DNA of 64,000 nucleotides from Microthyrium microscopicum (Eukaryota): NCBI GenBank assembly GCA_010405405.1, contig MU004246.1, positions 434,001 to 498,000 of the forward strand, read 5' to 3'. Shown piece by piece: positions 61,480 to 64,000 of this stretch (position 1 is its first letter; each line of letters starts with the position of its first letter). The notes under the pieces were generated by a model. It saw only the letters and a program-made list of their open reading frames with translations, ran no database searches and was not told where the DNA came from. The position numbers and the translations under genes were made by a program.

Positions 61480-63342
61480 CTAACCAACAAGTGGCTTTGC
61501 ACCCTTGGGAAGGGAGATTTTGAACACAAGAACCTGGTTCTGGGCATTGACCGTGTCATGAAGCAGCGTCTTGCCACTGTTGACATAAACTACGAACATT
61601 ATTAGCTCTAGCCCAACAAAGGTAACAATAATCGAGAAACACTTACCATCAATGGCACGGAAATCATTGTCGGAGAGCGAGAAGACGAAATAGTCTTGGC
61701 TGCCGTCCTTGTTGATCACAATATCATCGTCATCAGAATGCACTGGGACCATAGCAATGCTCTCCCACTTTTCGTTGAGTAAACCGGCATCCTGGGCGCC
61801 GCCGTTGTGCAACCCGAATTTGCCGAGCTGGGTGTTGTCGTTGTAGTTGAGGAAGGAGCAATAGGTGGCAATGTTGATATCGGACTTGAGGGTGGCGGCC
61901 TTGACAGCAGTGACGATAGTGCCATTGGTGTCATCATACTTTCCGAGAATGTTCGTCGCGTTGGAGATGTCAAAGACGTCAATGTGTCGGTATGTGGAGA
62001 GGCCATCAGGTAGACCAACACCGTGATTAGAATCTCTGGCGAGGACGAAGAATTGGGTGTCTGAGATGTAGTGGATCTATTATGGCATCAGTCTTGTCAA
62101 GTTAGCTGCTTCTGATGATCGTTCACTTACCTCGCTTTGGGCAGCGGTCTTGCCATCTGCGGCCAGGGGCAGCTTGACAACGTATTCACCAGTCGCCTTG
62201 GGAGTTTTGCCAGTAATGTCGTAGGTCAAGAAACGGTCATAGTAGCCTATAACGTAAGTGTCAGCAAAACTTGTCAATGGCTTTGGTGGAGACTAAACCT
62301 ACGGTTGCTGCTGCCGCCATTGCCACCGTCCTGGCGGAGAGCGGATTGCATCAGAGTGAAGAGTTTCTTTCCATTGGGGCTGATGGTAAGACCCTCAAGA
62401 CCTTGGTTATTCTGACGACCTGTAACAGGATCGGCTGGCGATGGGTCAGCCTTTGGGTTGTAGATGGGAGGAGAGTCGGCAGAAAAGCTATAGTATGCGG
62501 TCAGTTTCTACCATCACTGTCGAACTTGCGAATTCCATACCTCTCTGTGCCGTTTCTCTGGGGAATAAAGGCATTTGGAGGACGAATAGCCTCGATCATC
62601 TTGCCATTAGAGTTGAACTTGTAGACATAGGGGCCATATTCGTCAGAGATCCAGAAAGAGCCATCATCGTTGAGGACGAGACCTTCAGCATCAAGAGGCA
62701 CACGCGTTCCTCCAGTGCCGTTGTTTCCGAAGCCATCACCAGTATAATGCACAACAGGCAGATCAGGGAAGCCGGGGAAAGACGCATGACTGCCAGCTTT
62801 GATGTCGCCGTCCAATCCTGTCATAGGAGTTCCGGATGGATCTGTCAAGAAGATGGTCTCCTTGTATACAAGCTTGACGTTGGTGTTGTTTGGGGATCCG
62901 GTAGTTTGACCAGCGTCAAAGGTTATCTTGAACTTTTGGATTCTTGGCTGATAGTTGATTGTTCCGTAGACGTTGAAGCCACGATCTGGCAGACCCCATA
63001 GGATGCCGCTGTACTTGTTTTTGCCTACAAGCTCCCATGAATCCTTCTCAATGGCTGCGCTGTGACAGATTTAGCTTTTGGGTGCTATCAAATAGTGTCC
63101 ATGACTAACCTGGAGCCAATACCTCCGATGGTATCTTTCCTCGAGTCACGAGCATCGTATGGTACAAATCCGTAACCGGCAAAGTTCTTGTACGCATACT
63201 GCTTGCCGTTGCATGTTGTCGAAGAAGCAGTAGTGTTCACTGGAATTGGAGTAGCAGATGGCTTTGGTTGTTTTGATTGTTTGGGAGCAGCGCTCACTGC
63301 GGCTGCCCCAAAGGCAACTGCCAGCATTAAAGTATTACGCAT
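61480..63342 (-). CDS. Secreted phytase-like/esterase (Phytase-like domain) beta-propeller protein
   Basis: Signal peptide and motifs DTIGGIGS, GLPDRGFN, LDAEGL...FWISDEYGP, NQGLEGL, LNEKWES and SDNDF; multi-exon. Confidence 0.88.
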
Positions 63343-64000
63343 TATCAAGTTCGACCTATTCGGATATTAAAGAAAGTGTAAAAGAACAGAAACGGACCAA
63401 ATAGATGTAAGAGAAGGACCAAGGACTAAAGCAGGGGATATATATTGTACTATGCTTCCTGAGGCGTTCGTAATGACTACTGACAACCAAATCATGATCG
63501 TCTGGTGAAATAACAGTCGATTCCTTTTTCTCAACATCAATTACGATGTTTATACACTATCCCCACGAGTCTCGTCAAATGGCATCATCACAACGTGCAA
63601 CATGCTCGCCGTGAGAAACAAGTTGTGGAGGCGGTCCAGACTTGCGGGGACTTCAAGCTCTTTTTAGCTCAGATTCGTGCATCGTACCTTGCATGTTGGC
63701 GTTAGTGACAGATGCAAAAGCCGTCCGCCGGGAATGCTCATTTTGGAAAAGAAGACGAAGAAGTTGAAGTTGTAGAAACACGTTACAGAAGGCTCAATTG
63801 TGATTGGAAGACTCCAAACGCGCTTCCAATGCGCCTCAAAATTTGCCAAGAGATTCGGCGCGTTCTAGGGGTGTCTCTTTTGATGCTATTAGGCTGGCTA
63901 TACTTGAGAATATAACTTTTGGGGACCGCGTGCATGCTCGTGTGGGATGTCAAATTCAACATAGGAGTTGCTACGGCTCTCCAAGATACTCCTGGGAAAA

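Noticed and set aside
1..64000. tRNA/rRNA genes
   Set aside because: No cloverleaf-compatible or rRNA-like sequence recognised by eye; tRNAscan-SE/Infernal would be needed to exclude them.

Overview
Eukaryotic DNA from a filamentous ascomycete (Pezizomycotina). The evidence is short GT..AG introns with CTRAY branch points, HET and PTH11-like genes, and RIP-like TpA-rich islands; the species cannot be determined from sequence alone. Many genes are split by introns, so I re-spliced them by hand. There are three zones. (1) An accessory/defence-like block at ~2.5-21 kb: a HeLo-like-N/ankyrin gene head-to-head with a HET gene, a lipase-fold hydrolase, a leaderless HsbA-like gene, a LOG-family gene, an orphan, and a divergent pair of small secreted toxin-fold genes (KP4-like and RNase T1-like) between RIP-scarred repeats. 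(2) A mostly housekeeping block at ~27-51 kb: SPT20, SAM50, a RING-like protein, cyclin K/T, a CBM48/Crp1-like gene, a hydrolase, a second (interrupted) HET gene, PLD1/SPO14 and a DDRGK1-like gene. (3) A metabolic block at 51-63 kb. Its most unusual element is a PhyH-type Fe(II)/2OG dioxygenase with a duplicated, precursor-peptide-like N-terminal extension, divergently paired with a SnoaL/NTF2-like gene; this is a candidate self-modifying RiPP-like system. A 29-aa spliced Cys-rich microprotein missed by the ORF track is also present. All family calls come from motif recognition by eye; no database searches were run.
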